Assembly (NCBI RefSeq): GCF_018350175.1
Contig: NC_058368.1
Span: 218,242,001 to 218,306,000 of the forward strand
Reading direction: 5' to 3'
Origin: Felis catus
Taxonomy: Eukaryota
Length of the DNA: 64,000 bases
Below the pieces are notes generated by a model that was given only the letters and a program-made list of their open reading frames with translations, was not told the DNA's origin and did not search any database. This document shows, in pieces, positions 37,847 to 51,764 of the stretch; positions within the stretch are counted from its first letter, which is position 1; every line of letters begins with the position of its first letter. The position numbers and the translations under genes were made by a program.

Positions 37847-38662
37847 GGAGCTATTACATGCATTTTTTGAGAGCAAGAAAATAAATGTTTATTATTATTG
37901 AATTTTTTTCTTTGGAGGTATTTGCAGTTAAAAAAAGGAAAAGTAAAACATTGTGAGGATTACAAGAGGAAGGACCCACTGTCCTTATTTGTTAAGAATA
38001 GTATCTTAATTAGAAAATCAAGACTCTAATGAAACAAATAAAAAATGTGGCCAATTTTCCAAATGAAGCCAAGATCACAAATACTGATAGCATATTTCTA
38101 ATCACCTACAAAATTTAAATTATAAAAATATACCTCTAAGTATCAATAAGGCCCCTGAGTATGTAATAATTAACTTAGGCAAGAATACAGAAGTTTCTTA
38201 CAAAAATAAGTTTAGATTCCAGTAAAAACATTATGATTTGAATTAATAGGGAAATATTCCAGAGGCCTAATCTAAATGAGAAAAGTCTTTATGAGAGACA
38301 TAACCCTCATGGGGAAAAGGCATTTATATGCTACTACTCCCCTCTAGGCTTCCTGTCTTGTCTAAAAGTAGGGGTGGAGGAGTGAAGAGCTAAGAACACT
38401 TGTTAAGGTTAAAACTCCACAACAGAGCCTAGTAAAAGACAGAATTAATCATAATTACCACTCCTCCCCAGTGCTTCCTTTACTACCACATTAACAACAC
38501 TCAAGTGTATTTATAGGGGATCACAGCTAAAAGTGAGGCAAGACCAATATTCTTTCTTAGTAGGTGTCCTTAGTAGATATCCTTAAATAAGAGAAAGGTA
38601 ATTGGAAAATTCTCCAAATTTTGGGAAATTAAATAATACATCTGTAAATGATAATGGTCTCC

Positions 38663-38872
38663 AGGTGCCTGGGTGACTCAGTGGGTTAAGTGTTTGACTC
38701 TTGATTTTGGCTCAGGTCATGATCTCGCAGTTTGTGGGATTGAGCCCTGGGTTGGGCTCTGTGCTGACAGTATGGAGCCTGCTTGGGATTCTCTCTCTCA
38801 GTCTCTCTCTGCCTCTCCTCTACTTGGTGTGCTCTCTCTCTTTTGAAATAAATAAATAAACATTAAAAAAAA
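38663..38872 (+). mobile_element. Can-SINE
   Basis: GGTGCCTGGGTGACTCAGTGGGTTAAG...GGAGCCTGCTTGGGATTCTC. Confidence 0.95.
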
Positions 38873-41800
38873 CCCTGAATCATCTCAAGAGAACTTAACA
38901 GATATTTTGAAGTAAGTGAAATTAAAAATACAACAGATCTAAATCTGTGGAATATAGTGAAATCAGTAATTAGAAGAAGATCTATAACACTTAGAAATGT
39001 ATTTTGTTAATGAAGAAATATCTAAAATTAATAACCTAAGACCCATCTTAGGTTAAAGAAACTAAGCCTAAACAAGCAAAAGAAAATGAATAATGAAGAT
39101 TAAATTCAGGAATCAATAAAAATGAAAAAAGAACAATAGTGAACATTAATGAAACTAAAATATTTATTTTTAAGAGATCAATACAATTTAGAAATATCTA
39201 CTCAGGCTAAGAAAGGAAAAAATATATATTAAATAATAATTAATATTAGAAATGAAATAGGTTCTGATTACTAATCTCATGGACATTAAGAGGATAATAA
39301 AGGATTACTACAAACTCTTAGCTCAAATACAAAAATGGACAGAAATGAAAAGATGTAAATAGTACATGTTAAAGATATTGAACAAATGGACTTTTCATAA
39401 ACTGTTAAAAGTACACATCAACACATGTACTTTGGAAAGCTGTTTGGCTGCATGTCCACTAATGATGAACTTATAAATACCCAAGACCAAGTAAATAGAA
39501 GTTAGATATATATGGAACATATGTGCATATATTTGTACACAAATAGAGATGTCAAGAATGACATAGAAGCCATATTTTTAAAAGCCTCCGAGTGGAAATT
39601 ATGCATATGGTCATAAGCAATACAATTTATAAATCCATTGTAGTATATTCATAAAATGAAAAAGAAGGAACTACTCCCTGCAGCAGCATGAATGGACCCT
39701 ACAATTATGTTGAGCAAAAGTTGCCAGACATTTCTATTTCTGCATTAAGTTATTCTTCAAAAACAGGCAAAAATAATTAATGGTGAACATTGAGAGAACA
39801 GAATTAGTGAAGAAGAATGATTGGTTGGTAATATACCATTTTTTATGTGGTGTGTGTATTTTGTGAAAATTAATTCTTCTTTTATCTATAAATCAAAATG
39901 AATTATACAGACAAAATGAATTTTAGCAGAAATAAACAGAGAAGGCATTCAGCTGGATTAAGGTAAATTTTAAGTATCAAAAACTAGAGTTGCATGGTAT
40001 TTATGAATGTAGACACAAAGGTGAATGGAGTAGAATGAAAAACTCAGTTTAAATCCAGTAAATTTAAACCATTTTGGAAATTTAGTGTATCTAAATCCAA
40101 CGCAGAAAGGACAGATGATTCACTGAAGTGTAATGTGACAACTGAGTAACCATTTGGGAAAAAAATAAAATAAAGTTATATCTATATCCCACATTGCATA
40201 CAGGGATAAAAACTAATGAACCAAATATTTCGTTGAAAAATGAAAAAAAAATACTAGAAGAAAATATGTGAGAATTGCTCACTTTTTAGATGGACATTTC
40301 AATTGATTTTGTTTACGTTTGAGGATTCAAGAAAAAGGGTAGTACCATATTAGAAGAAAAGAAAAATATTCAAACAACTGAAATAGGCAAAGGTAGATTA
40401 CTCTGGGGGACAGGTCCTATCAAAGGACATGAGGGCTGCAAGACTTTTAGTTTTTTACCGATTAGTCAATTTAGACTTTCATTTTGGTATGTGTATTTTA
40501 CTTAATGAAAATAAAAACTCAAATTGATCTCTGGAGATTGTATGCAGATCACATAAAATGCAATCATGGAGATAAAGAACAATGGAGAATCACAATTCAT
40601 ATTTTGGAATCAAAAAGTGTTTTTGGATTATTTACTTTTACATTTCAGTCTCGATAAATGTGTAAAACCAGAAACAGTGGAAAGATTTCAGTTCGTGTGT
40701 GTACTGTGCTCAATTAGTTAATGGCTGTCAGGAGATGCATTGCGAGAATCTCTGAAATGTTTCTGGGATTAGTAAGAAGGGGAATGGGGTAATTTAGCTG
40801 TCTTTTAGGAATTTAGGGAAGTAAAAAGATGATGTGCTCCATATTTCTCCTTTCTTTTATCAGCCAACATAATGATATGCAATGTGCATTGATGAGATCA
40901 TTCTGTAAAATAAGTGAACTTTTAAATAAGGTGACTCAGTTACAGCCTATTCAGTTTGAGTGTGGCATACATTAAAAATGTTTTCACAATGTTTCAATAT
41001 AGAATGAATTGTTAATAAAGTATATAGAGATTATCTGTTGATGAACCATATTTGACATGCGGCTTGGTATTTTTTTAACATATATAATGTCCCTTACAAT
41101 CACTCAGTTCTTTGTTAAAGTTGGGAAAATAATTAGCCCTGAAAATATATTTTTTCCCATTGTATTAAAAAGGAATCATGTTAGGTGAAGCTATCTTGAA
41201 ATTCCATTTATTTCTTTGTAATCTATCCAAAGCTACCATAAAACAAATTACTACCATCAGGATAGAAATAGCTACCTCTTCCGGTTAACTTGTTTACCAG
41301 ACTATGGTGCATCCTTAACTCGGCACATACTGTGGCTATTGTTTATCCAGAATTTCTTGTTACTTTTTGTTCATTTTATATGTCTCTCAACCTATATTTG
41401 AGTATCATTTTCACTTTGAAGTTTTCCTAAACATTACTCTCTTTGATGACTTTGCAAACCACACATTAGTTGTGTTAAATATCTAATGTGATAGAAGTTA
41501 AAATTTAATCATACACATACCACGATAACTATTTATAAAGTGTGCTCCCTTAGCAAGGGTGTAGCCTACACACTGGGTAAAATATTTCCAAGTCCATGTT
41601 TTGTGACCTTAATGTTGCCTATATTCAAGGCATATTATATTAACACAGTGATTTGCCACTGGTTATTAGAGGATGCATATTTATTGCTATACAGTAAAAA
41701 AAAATCATGAGAAATCCATATTTTCCACACTCAGTAATTTTAAAATGCTAATTTTATAAAATAAATTATAGTTTTTAATTTAGTTTCATGCAATGTAAAG

Positions 41801-43229
41801 TGGTATTCCATTTTTTGTAGAAGAAAGGTGGTAAATTTACTGCAGGCTCAAATAAAGTTTGCAACTATGACCAGCTCTATGATGATTTGCTAAGGTCTTC
41901 TGCATTTGAAAGCTAAAAACTCATCTGGTTTCAAGTTAAGCTGACTAGGACATAATTTCCAACAGGGAAAACATGGTTTCATAGACAAATTTTAAGAGAA
42001 CATGTGAGGCACAGCAGAGAAAACTATCCTTCTAAATTATACACTTTACTCTGTCCACAACATTTGGGTTTTTTTTCTCCTCTTTTCTCCCTTTAATTTT
42101 TTTCCTTTTAGAAATAAAAACTCAGAGGTTTTCTGGTAAAAAAAAGCTAAAAGGAAAACAGCAGCTATAAAGGAGAATATCTGAGTTATTGGCAAATAAG
42201 TTAAAAATGAAGCTAATGTGAAACAGAATTTGCATTCTAGTCATTTGTGTGGTATATAATCATGTACTGTATGCAGTTAAATGAGTCTGTTGTCTGGCTG
42301 TAATGAATATCTACATCCATCCTAACAGTTAATGAGGAATAAATGACTTATTATCCATGAATGGCTGTATCTAAATAGCTCTGCAACAAAAACAGAATAT
42401 TAAAATGTGTAGCTAAAATAGATCTTAAATGATAATGAACTTACTTAGATTATTAATTAATTTTTAAAGCATCATAAGAGTCACTGCTTTAGGATGAAAT
42501 CAGCAATAGACAAAGTTCAAGCACAATGACAGATTCAAAGTATGAATTTTAAATTGGATTTAAATACATATGTATGTGTTTGTGTACGTGCAGGTATATA
42601 TGTATATACATGTGTATATACACTCATACATATTATGCATTTACACACATACACACACTGACACACATTTAAAGGAAAACTGTCTTTTGTAAGATATCTT
42701 TGCAACCTTAAAAATAACAGCACATAATTTTTACCTACCCAACTTCACTTAACATGTTCATTTATAACGTATAAATATAATTTTAAAAATTTTAAATGAA
42801 TATATATAATGCATAAGTCTAATATTTAAAGGAGAGAATGTCATATTAGAACTATGTTTTTGTTAAGTCTGAAATTCATGCATAAATTTTGAAATAATGA
42901 GGGAAGTACTTTTTGTGAAAGCTAAGAGTGTCTTTTAGAAAATAAGTTTTAAAAAGAACTACAACTTTTATTATTATTTTTACACAATGGTCCATTATAT
43001 TATTTTATTCTACTAATATGAAATAGATTTTTAAAAACAATCCACAGTGCTCTGAGGTGAGAGATTCAAAGGCAGTTCTTTTAATCTGTAAATGATAAGC
43101 TGAGTAAGTTCTAAAAATAGCGAAATACACCCTCCAAAAGTCAAAAAAGCTATTTACTATTTTATCATCTAAATAGATGTTAGTGTATCCATTCCCTTGA
43201 TTTTACTGCAACACAACACAATTTCAACT

Positions 43230-43700
43230 ACGTTTATCTCTAACTCAGGAAATTGATGTCCCCTCCAAATGCCTTGACAAAACTCTATCCTCAACCCACA
43301 TTCTTACCCTCAAAATCTATTTCTCTCCCTGAAGACAAAGTAATCTATTAAAGGAGCACGTCTGAGTGTTTCCTCCCCTCCCCCAATCCATTATTTACAT
43401 TCAGGTCTTCCCATTGCTTTCTGGGTTGGACCCAGATCCTTTCCTTCCTGTTCTCTCTCTTCTACACTATGCCCTCCTTTGCTCTTTTCATCACTGATAC
43501 AAGTACATTTGAAATGTCTTACTGAGCCATGCACCCTTTCCAGGGGACTTTTTCATATCCTGTTATAATCACACTTTATTTTTTTCTGAATCATCAGTTT
43601 TCCAGGGAGAATTACTCTGTACTTGCAGATCAGTTAAATCTCTGTTGTATGTGTCCGTATACAATCTACACACCTCTAAAGAAATTTCCAGTTTTAATTT
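43230..43700 (+). mobile_element. L2 fragment
   Basis: Pyrimidine-rich L2-like motifs such as CTTACTGAGCCATGCACCCTTTCCAGGG and TTTCCAGGGAGAATTACTCTG. Confidence 0.35.
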
Positions 43701-44589
43701 TACACATATTTGTGAGCATGAAGCAGAGTTTACACAAAACTGCAGGACAAATTTATGTAAATCAGAAATTATGACTCTTAAAATAATTAAAATAATTTAA
43801 AAATAATTAAAAGAATATCATTTTCAATGCCTTTAACTATATACATAGTAATATGCTCTGCATATTAAAGAAAAATTGTTAGGAATGTTTGATTGATGAG
43901 TCTTTGAAAATACCAATAGATATCTATCTGTATTTATATGTAACACAAAAGAATAATACGTTACAAAAATTGTACAAACTCTAATGCACAGCTAGTTTTT
44001 AGCTGCTAACTTTGTAGACTTTAATGGTCTAAAGCCTCTTGCAACTCTCTAAGAGAGATCTTGCAACCCTCTGAGAGAGACTTTTTAATAAAGTCTTTTC
44101 ATACTAGGAAAACTGATTACCATTGCAACATGGGAATTCTATTTGCTGTTATCCCACCTCCTGGATGTTTTTACTTGGCACCTACTTCCTTTCTGATGTC
44201 ACACTAAAGAAGATTATATCTAGCAAATTTTTATTTCAATATAGGTTTATTTCTAAAGAAGAGTTCCCAGAGTGAATGTAAAAGATAACTGGAAAAATTG
44301 TTCACTTCAATTTGTGTACAACAAATAACTTTACCAGAAATGGGCCCAGCTGAGATGAATCTTTTGGAATTATTGTCTTGACAGCTACATCAAGAAGATT
44401 AGTATCTCCCGTATTCCAATTCTATCTTTGAAAATCAGGAGAGTAGGGATGCAAGGCTAGGAGATTTACATTAAAATGTAAATACAGCAGGGCCTTGGCT
44501 CTCCAGTCCTATTTATTTTTACGCCCTGTTTCCCCTCTTCCTTCTTCTCTCCTCCCCTACTCATCATACCATGTCTAAGAAAACACAGA

Positions 44590-44795
44590 ATGGACATAGT
44601 TCAGAGTTTCCAGGCTGCGAAACACGTGGAGATCTGGGGGGAGTGGTGCACGTGGAGAGGGCCCTGTGCCTTCTTCCCATGCCTAGTCCTGTGTATCTCT
44701 TCATCTGGCTGTTGATTCATATCTTTTATCATATCCTTTAAAAAACTGGTGAATGTAAAACAAACAAAACAAAACCACAACAAACAAACAAAAAC
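44590..44795 (+). mobile_element. MER21-like LTR fragment followed by an A-rich tail
   Basis: GAGTTTCCAGGCTGCGAAACACGTGGAGATCTGGGGGGAGTGG...TATCTCTTCATCTGGCTGTTGATTCATATC...ATCCTTTAAAAAACTGGTGAATGTAA then (AAAC)n. Confidence 0.75.
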
Positions 44796-45838
44796 ACACG
44801 GAGAATGACTTACAATTTCTCTGAAACCTCACATGGGTTTGAGTTACTTGAGTTTATTCTCCTTGCCAGAAAATACTTTTAGCCTGAAGTTGAATACATC
44901 TTGTGTTCACCTTGTTTTTAAAACAAGATATTGATTAATTTATTCTCAAGATACAAGTGGTATAAGTTATAGCATCATTTACTTATCCAATTATTTGAAG
45001 AATAATGAAATTTGTGTTGAAAAATAAAAGATCCAAGACTTCATGCCTCACCTTTACTAAATAACTCAACATTGTTTAGAGTAAAAAAATTATGTTGGAG
45101 TAAAAAATTCTCCAAATCTAAAAAGGTATCCATGATGTTTGTGCTTAGAAACATTCTCCTTAATTGCTGCTATACAGTCTCTCTGTCCAGGACTTTCTCT
45201 ACAATGTCTTGCCTTCATCCAGAATATGTGGCATTTTCAAAACAGAGACTATGTTTGCTATTTATAACAACAAAGACAAAGGGGGTAATGATGCCAGATT
45301 ATCAGGCATTATGTATCATAGGAAAACTTCCTGCTCAACTGCAGAAGGGAATAAACTTTGGAAACCTAATGTACACAATTAATCTACAGTCTGAAAAACA
45401 ATTAGTCCAGCAAAGTTGTGGCAAAGAGGAATACAAACTAACACAGATGGATATAAACTTTGAGCAAATCAGGTGCGAGTTAAATAAACAAGAACTAAGT
45501 TTCTTCTACTGAGCATGCAACAAATCCTCCTGTACAGGGAATGGAAACTATTCCAAAGGTTGTTTCTATATTAGATAGAAGAAATACTATATTCCATTGT
45601 TAAAGAGAGTCTTCTTACGTAAAAAGTTCTTGTTAAAATGGAAGATTTTATGAGCCAACCAGTAAGGAAAAACATGGTAAAAACCACTTACTTACATGCA
45701 CAGTGGTGTTTTAATATATATTGAAAGCAAATTTCATTCTCTAATATATGAAAAAAGCTTCTATGCTTCTTCAAGTAAGTTAAAGGTTGTATAGAAATAG
45801 CAGTCATATATAAATTCCAGTATGTATAAAAATTAAAA

Positions 45839-46017
45839 GGGATGCCTGGGTGGCTTAGTTGGTTAAGCGTCCAACTCCTGATTTTAGCTCAGGTCATAAT
45901 CTCACATTTGTGAGTTTGCCTTGGGCTCGGTGCTGACAGTGTGGAGCCTGCTTGAGAGTCTCTCCCTCCCTCCCCTGCTTATATTCTCTCTCTCAAAATA
46001 AATAAAACTTAAAAAAA
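45839..46017 (+). mobile_element. Can-SINE
   Basis: GGGGATGCCTGGGTGGCTTAGTTGGTTAAGCGTCC; TSD AAAAATTAAAA. Confidence 0.93.
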
Positions 46018-47204
46018 TTAAAATATATGTATTCACATGGAAAAATAAACTACACAAAATGACTGTATGTATTATGGTGGGAATAGTTATGAATTTATTT
46101 AAGTATCAGGGAGCAAAATAATACAGTAGAATTAGAACTTGTTTAAAATAATTTGGAATATTAATACATACATTTATTATATGAGAACAATGTTATGAAA
46201 CCTAACATGGCTAATTCACAACAGACACTGATCTTGGTGCGTATTTACTTTTACAGAGTAATCTTTTCTAACCTCTTTTTGTCTTTTTGCTGTCAGTTAC
46301 CATCAATCAGTTAAACCTTTTAAAGCAAACTGTGAGAGAATTCTTAGGTCACCTTTATTTTGTGTTTTTCAAAAGAAGTATATAAAAAGGACATGTGCTT
46401 CTGTTGAATGACTGAGTGTCCTGTATATTAAATATATCTTTTAAATATGCCAGACACTTTCATTGGCCTTGCATATTCTTATTCTTATTTTATTAGAAAG
46501 CTGACATTAGTGCCTCAGGGACTGAACTTGTCATAAACATTTTTTTCTGAAATTAGAAAAAGTAAATCTGAGTGCCTGGAAATGAACACTCACCTTGATT
46601 AAAATAAGAAAATACAACCATCTTTCATTTTCAATCTTTCTTTACTAGAAGAATAGTTTTTACTTAGTGATTTTAAACTCACCTGTGGTATGCGTACAAG
46701 AATATTTTGAATCAGTTTGGTTCAACTAAGAGTTCCCAAGCATAATTCATAAAAATACTGGATTTTAGATTTTGTAGACTAAAAAAAAAGAGCAGATGGT
46801 GATAATGGAATAGCCAAATATTTCTAAAAGGTGGATTTTTAAAATAATTGCATGCTTTTATTTTTAAAAAATAAAGCAGCATGAACACATTAGTTAAATT
46901 TTAATATCCTTTAATTTATAAAATTAAAAAAATTATTGTATTTCTAACACAAAAACATGATTGTTGAGCAAATAAGCTAAAACCAAATGATTACATAAAA
47001 CTAAATGATAGCACAGGAAATAAAGTAACTTCACTGTGTCTATTTTAACATTATACACATTTAATGTCTATTGTTATTAATGTCATTAATCCTGCATTAT
47101 AATTAATGAATATTAATTATAAATATAAACATAACACCACCATCAATATTTTTCTTATTCAGTGAGAAGAGCAATGAATCATTTATGCTCAATTACTCTT
47201 TTTT

Positions 47205-47310
47205 AGAAAACAGCTTTATTAAGGTATAATTGTGATACAAAAGACCACATATATTTAATGTATACAACTTGATGAGTTTAGATGTATGCATACCCCTGTG
47301 ATACCATGCT
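47205..47310 (-). mobile_element. L1MB-like 3' terminal fragment
   Basis: AACAGCTTTATTAAGGTATAATT...TTTAATGTATACAACTTGATGAGTTT...CATACCCCTGTGATACCA. Confidence 0.75.
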
Positions 47311-47905
47311 CAATTTCTCTTAAGGACTCTCTATATACAAACTATATATGAGTTCATAGGGAAAAATTGAGCATCATAAATTTTTCTATATGTAAAAGAG
47401 AACCAAAAAAATGGAAAAACCTTACATTGAAAGCAAACTACCTGTTTTTCCATCAGACATTGAAAATCTATGAGTATTAGAATACTGATGTATCCCACGG
47501 AAAGGAGATCTTCTGTAGGTATTGGCTTCCCCAATAGACACACAATTTGATTGAACCAAATCTTTTTGGCTTTCATGCAATGTATAATTTTACATTTAAA
47601 AAAAGTTCAAATGAACATGTTTAGGGTAAGATGCTGGATAAAATGTCATAAAACATAATTGACAATTGACTGAGGAACATTTATTTCTAATCCATATTCA
47701 TGATTTGCCACATAAGGATTGCTACACATGATTATGAAACATAAATGTGAACCTCAGGACAAATTATGTATTTTTTTTTCCTGTTGGAATCAGAATAAAA
47801 AGTAGGTATGTGTAGTTATAGAAAAATAATGACATATTTCTTGTAAACTTAACTTTGCAACTGAAATAACTTTCTGCCAGTTTTACACAGGATTTAATAA
47901 GTAAA

Positions 47906-48102
47906 GGGGTGCCTGGGTGTCTCATTCGGTAAGTGGCGGACTCCAGGTTTCAGCTCAGATCATGATCTCACGGTTCATGAGATTGAATCCTGAGTTGGGC
48001 TCTGGACTGACAGCACAGAGCCTGCTTGGGATTCTCTCCCTCCATCTGTCTGCTCCTCCCACACATGCTCTCTCTTTCTTTCAAAAAAAAAAAATTAAAA
48101 AA
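47906..48102 (+). mobile_element. Can-SINE
   Basis: GGGGTGCCTGGGTGTCTCATTCGG...GACAGCACAGAGCCTGCTTGGGATTCTC. Confidence 0.93.
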
Positions 48103-48749
48103 GTAACACACTGCATTTCTAATAAGCAGACAAGCTTTATTTTCAAGGTAAATATAATACATGTATCACTAATCAAAAGCTGATTCCCTGAATCTCATCA
48201 AAAGATGAAAATAATAACTTCCTTTATATATCAATGAAAGTAAGAATCACAGATTGTTCTTACATTCATGTGGATGTCTGAAGACACATATTGGATTATC
48301 AGGGCTGGATACTTGGTTCTTATCTGGAAATTTGCTCTCTCTAAAGGGTAGCTATGGATTTATCTTCTAAACTACAGTAGTCTCCAGGTTGCTGGGTATT
48401 ATAATAATTAATTCAAGCAAGCTATCTTCAAAAGTATTTTTGAGTTCAAATCAATTTTAGAGCCCTCTGAGAAAGAGGTGGATAAAAGGAAGTGGCCCTC
48501 ACCTGTTGGTGATATTAATGAATAAATAGGAGTACTGGAAATGATAGTCAGGGTTGGCAAATGGCAAACAGGACCAAAATTAGTAGCTAGGAACCAAAAC
48601 TTAGTTTCTATTTTGTTTTATAACAGCACAGATGAGAGACTTAAATATCCATGCCTCTGGACACTGAAAGTATATTAAATAATCGTGTGACACATTTTTA
48701 TAAGTAAATGTAACTTTATCAAACCCACATTTAAAAATGGCAATTAACA

Positions 48750-48936
48750 GGGGCGCCTGGGTGGCTCAGTCAGTGAAGCATCAGACTTTGGCTCAGGTCA
48801 CGATCTGGTGGTCAGTCAGTTTGAGCCCCATGTCTGTCTCTGTGCCGTCAGCTCAGAGCCTGGAGCCTGCTTCGCCCCTCCCCCACTCACGCTCTGTCTC
48901 TCTCTGTCTCTCAAGAATGAATAAACCTTTCAAAAA
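48750..48936 (+). mobile_element. Can-SINE
   Basis: GGGGCGCCTGGGTGGCTCAGTC; perfect TSD AAAAATGGCAATTAACA. Confidence 0.96.
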
Positions 48937-49569
48937 TGGCAATTAACAGTATTATTCACATAGAGCCAAATAAATCAAAATAGTTAATAATAAATTGATT
49001 ACTAATTTTTCTACTTTATAATATAAATCAATATAAGTAATCATTGTTGAATTTTTCTTCTCAGAGTTCAATATTTCTGGTAGTACCTTTTCTTGTTGAA
49101 AAGACAATCATGTACTTTTAATGGATTTGTTTTTGGATTTCCTGAAGTACTTGGATTTCATGGTAACATTAAGCGGCCTTTCATTTACATATGGTCAGTC
49201 ATACTTAATCTATAATCAGATATTTTAAATATATAACTATATAGCATTAATCTAACTTGTTAGATAATAAAAAAATAGCAAAGTTTTACTCTGTGCAAAA
49301 AAATGTATTTGTTTAAATATCCAAACATGAGATCATCAAGAACATCATTTTATAAACAGAAGTAAAGCACAAGGAAATAAAATAATCCATAAATGCAGAA
49401 GGATACACTGTGAGACAAAAGGAACAAAGATTCTGATTTCTAAATTCTTAATGTGCTATCTACCAAAGCAGGACACCAGACACAGCATCACCATCACACA
49501 TTAGCTCTGCATACAACATCTCTGCATTATGACTGCTTACCAACATTATTTGAAATGGATATTTTTCTG

Positions 49570-49793
49570 CACACCTGGGTGGCTCCCTAGGTGAAGCATG
49601 GACTCTTGATTTCAGGTCAGGTCATGATCCCAGGGTCACGGGATGGAGCCTCATGCGGGGCTCTATGCTGAGCTTGGAGCCTGTTTGAGACTCTCTCTCC
49701 CCCTCTACCTCCGCCCCTCCCCTCTCTCTCTGGCCTTCCTCAGCTCGTACTATCTCTCTCTTAAAAAATAAAAATAAAAATAAATAAATAAAA
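49570..49793 (+). mobile_element. Can-SINE (older subfamily)
   Basis: CACCTGGGTGGCTC...GGTCATGATCCCAGGGTCACGGGATGGAGCC; TSD AAATGGATATTTTT/AAATAGATATTTTT. Confidence 0.9.
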
Positions 49794-49819
49794 TAGATAT
49801 TTTTCTTCTAGACCACGTT

Positions 49820-49851
<32 letters not shown>

Positions 49852-49910
49852 TTTTTCCAGTTTTTATTTAAATTCCAGTTAGTTAACATACAGTGTCATA
49901 TTAGTTTCAG
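49820..49910 (-). mobile_element. Carnivore L1 extreme 3' end with (TTTA)n tail
   Basis: CCAGTTTTTATTTAAATTCCAGTTAGTTAACATACAGTGTCATATTAGTTTCAGG. Confidence 0.8.
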
Positions 49911-50644
49911 GCAGAGCACTTATTTGTAGTTCATCAAAAAGTGAATACTTCTGTTACTATTTATTTAATATGTACTCATTTATAAGTTGCAGAAGCTTGA
50001 AAACTACCTCCGTCCAAATGGAAGTCAATGGCTGGAAGCCATTCCATGGCTGGCTGGAAGTCAATGATCACTATCGAATGAATGAATGAATTAGCAGGCA
50101 ACTATTTGAGAAGAAGCAATATGAGCCTCTGCATGCCTTCTCCATTTGTGTTTTGTCACTCTATACCCTCTTGCCTATGTCCCATCAGGAATACACTCTT
50201 CTTTGTGGTAAGGAAATACTTCCCTTCACTGCCATAAAGGATAATACCTAATTAGGGAGGGATTTGCAGATGTCACCAGGGGCTTATGTTCATTACTCCA
50301 CATGTTATTTTACCTGCTTTGGAAATATTTTATTCGTGGATTTATCTTTTAAGTAAAACATTTTATTTGTCTATATCTCAAGTTTTTCTCTAATCAGTTT
50401 CTTCTAAATTTTTAAACTGTAAGTTTTGCTCTGTTTTAAATTATCTTTTATTTTTAATGAATGGGCAAGATCCTCATATAACACTGGTAGAGAAGACCTT
50501 TAAAAACATATTTTATACTGGAAATGATGTTGATTCTTCATACATTGAGATGATGTCATTTCGACTTCCTGTGCATTACGTTAACTATTTAACATAAATA
50601 TTTGATAACTGTATTGCTTAAATATTCTTAATTATATTCCATTT

Positions 50645-50737
50645 TTTCAAGTAATCTCTATGCCCAATGTAGGGCTGGAAGTCATTACCCCAAGATTAGG
50701 ATTGCATACTCCACTGATGAAGCCTGCCCGGCAACCC
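50645..50737 (-). mobile_element. Short tRNA-derived SINE (SINEC_old-like)
   Basis: TAATCTCTATGCCCAATGTAGGGCTGGAAGTCATTACCCCAAGATT...ACTCCACTGATGAAGCCTGCCCGG. Confidence 0.7.
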
Positions 50738-51764
50738 AAAATTTTCTTAATTTTCAACACATAATAACCTTACATATTTCTTTGGATTAAACATTAAGGA
50801 TCTCATCTATTATCTTGAATAGATTTGTGTTCAACATCAATAGTTGAAAAAGTAATTTCAAAGAAACAGTTATATCATAAAATGGTCAAAGACATGTATC
50901 AAACTTCAAATCATGGAAACATACTTTTACAAAAAAATATAAAATTAGTTGTTAAAAGTCATTAAAATCAAATTTGATTTGCTGACTTCAAATAGTATAT
51001 AGTTTTATTTTTTTACTAACATTTTGAACATGCTATTTATGCATATGTATACAGGAAAAGATACTTTATTTTCATTTTTATTTTCCTACTGGGTGGTCAT
51101 AAAACAAAAACCAACAGAAAAGCATTTCATTATATTCAATTGAGCATCAAATTACCCACTGACTATTTATAATTCAAACTGAATCACATTCAACAGCAAG
51201 GATACTAATAAAACAAAATGTTTCAATCACTGATAACATACATTTGTCACTGAAATAATTTTGGAATATCCAACTTGTGGACTGTTTATGCTCTTGGTTC
51301 TAATATCACTCTCTGATGAGATAAAGATTATGTAAAGTTGCATTTTATTTATTATTGCATTTAATACAATTTGATAAGATTCAAATAAAACTGAAAATGC
51401 ATATGTATATATTAGTCTCGCATCAAAATGCAATGTGGTAAAATGCAGGGCAATTAATTGATACTTCTAATTAATTTTAACTTGATATCATCAAATAGTG
51501 TCACTATATACATGCAGTTTTGGATGGGAAAGATACCATTCCTCATTGAAACTACTGGTTATTTATTTACTTATTTATTTACTTATTTATATTCATTAAT
51601 TTTATTTATTTATTTTATTTATATACAACTTTTATTTTGGAATAATATTAGATTTAGATTTAAAAATGTCAGAGACATTGATCAAGCTTGGTTATTTTAC
51701 TAATAATAGGTGCACAATGATTATATTTTGAATTTCTAAGAATACATTTAACACTTTTGCTTTG

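Larger units (their letters stand above)
37200..40280 (+). mobile_element. Cluster of old L1M ORF2 and 3' UTR fragments, with younger inserts
   Basis: CATCATGATCAACTAACATTTATCCTGGAAATGC; AAATCTGTGGAATATAGTGAAATCAGTA; GGACATTAAGAGGATAATAAAGG; CACATGTACTTTGGAAAGCTGTTTGG. Confidence 0.7.

Noticed and set aside
44037..44080. 22-bp imperfect tandem duplication (similar short repeats at 26661-26697, 31153-31182 and 1897-1929)
   Set aside because: Ordinary slippage duplications with no further structure
45072..45512. Longest ORF in the track (146 aa)
   Set aside because: It starts at a non-ATG codon, has no recognisable domain and no clear splice context. By rough estimate, about one open stretch of this length is expected by chance in six frames of 64 kb.
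50645..50737. tRNA-like sequence
   Set aside because: Degenerate, with an A-rich tail and TSD-like flanks; a tRNA-derived SINE rather than a functional tRNA gene
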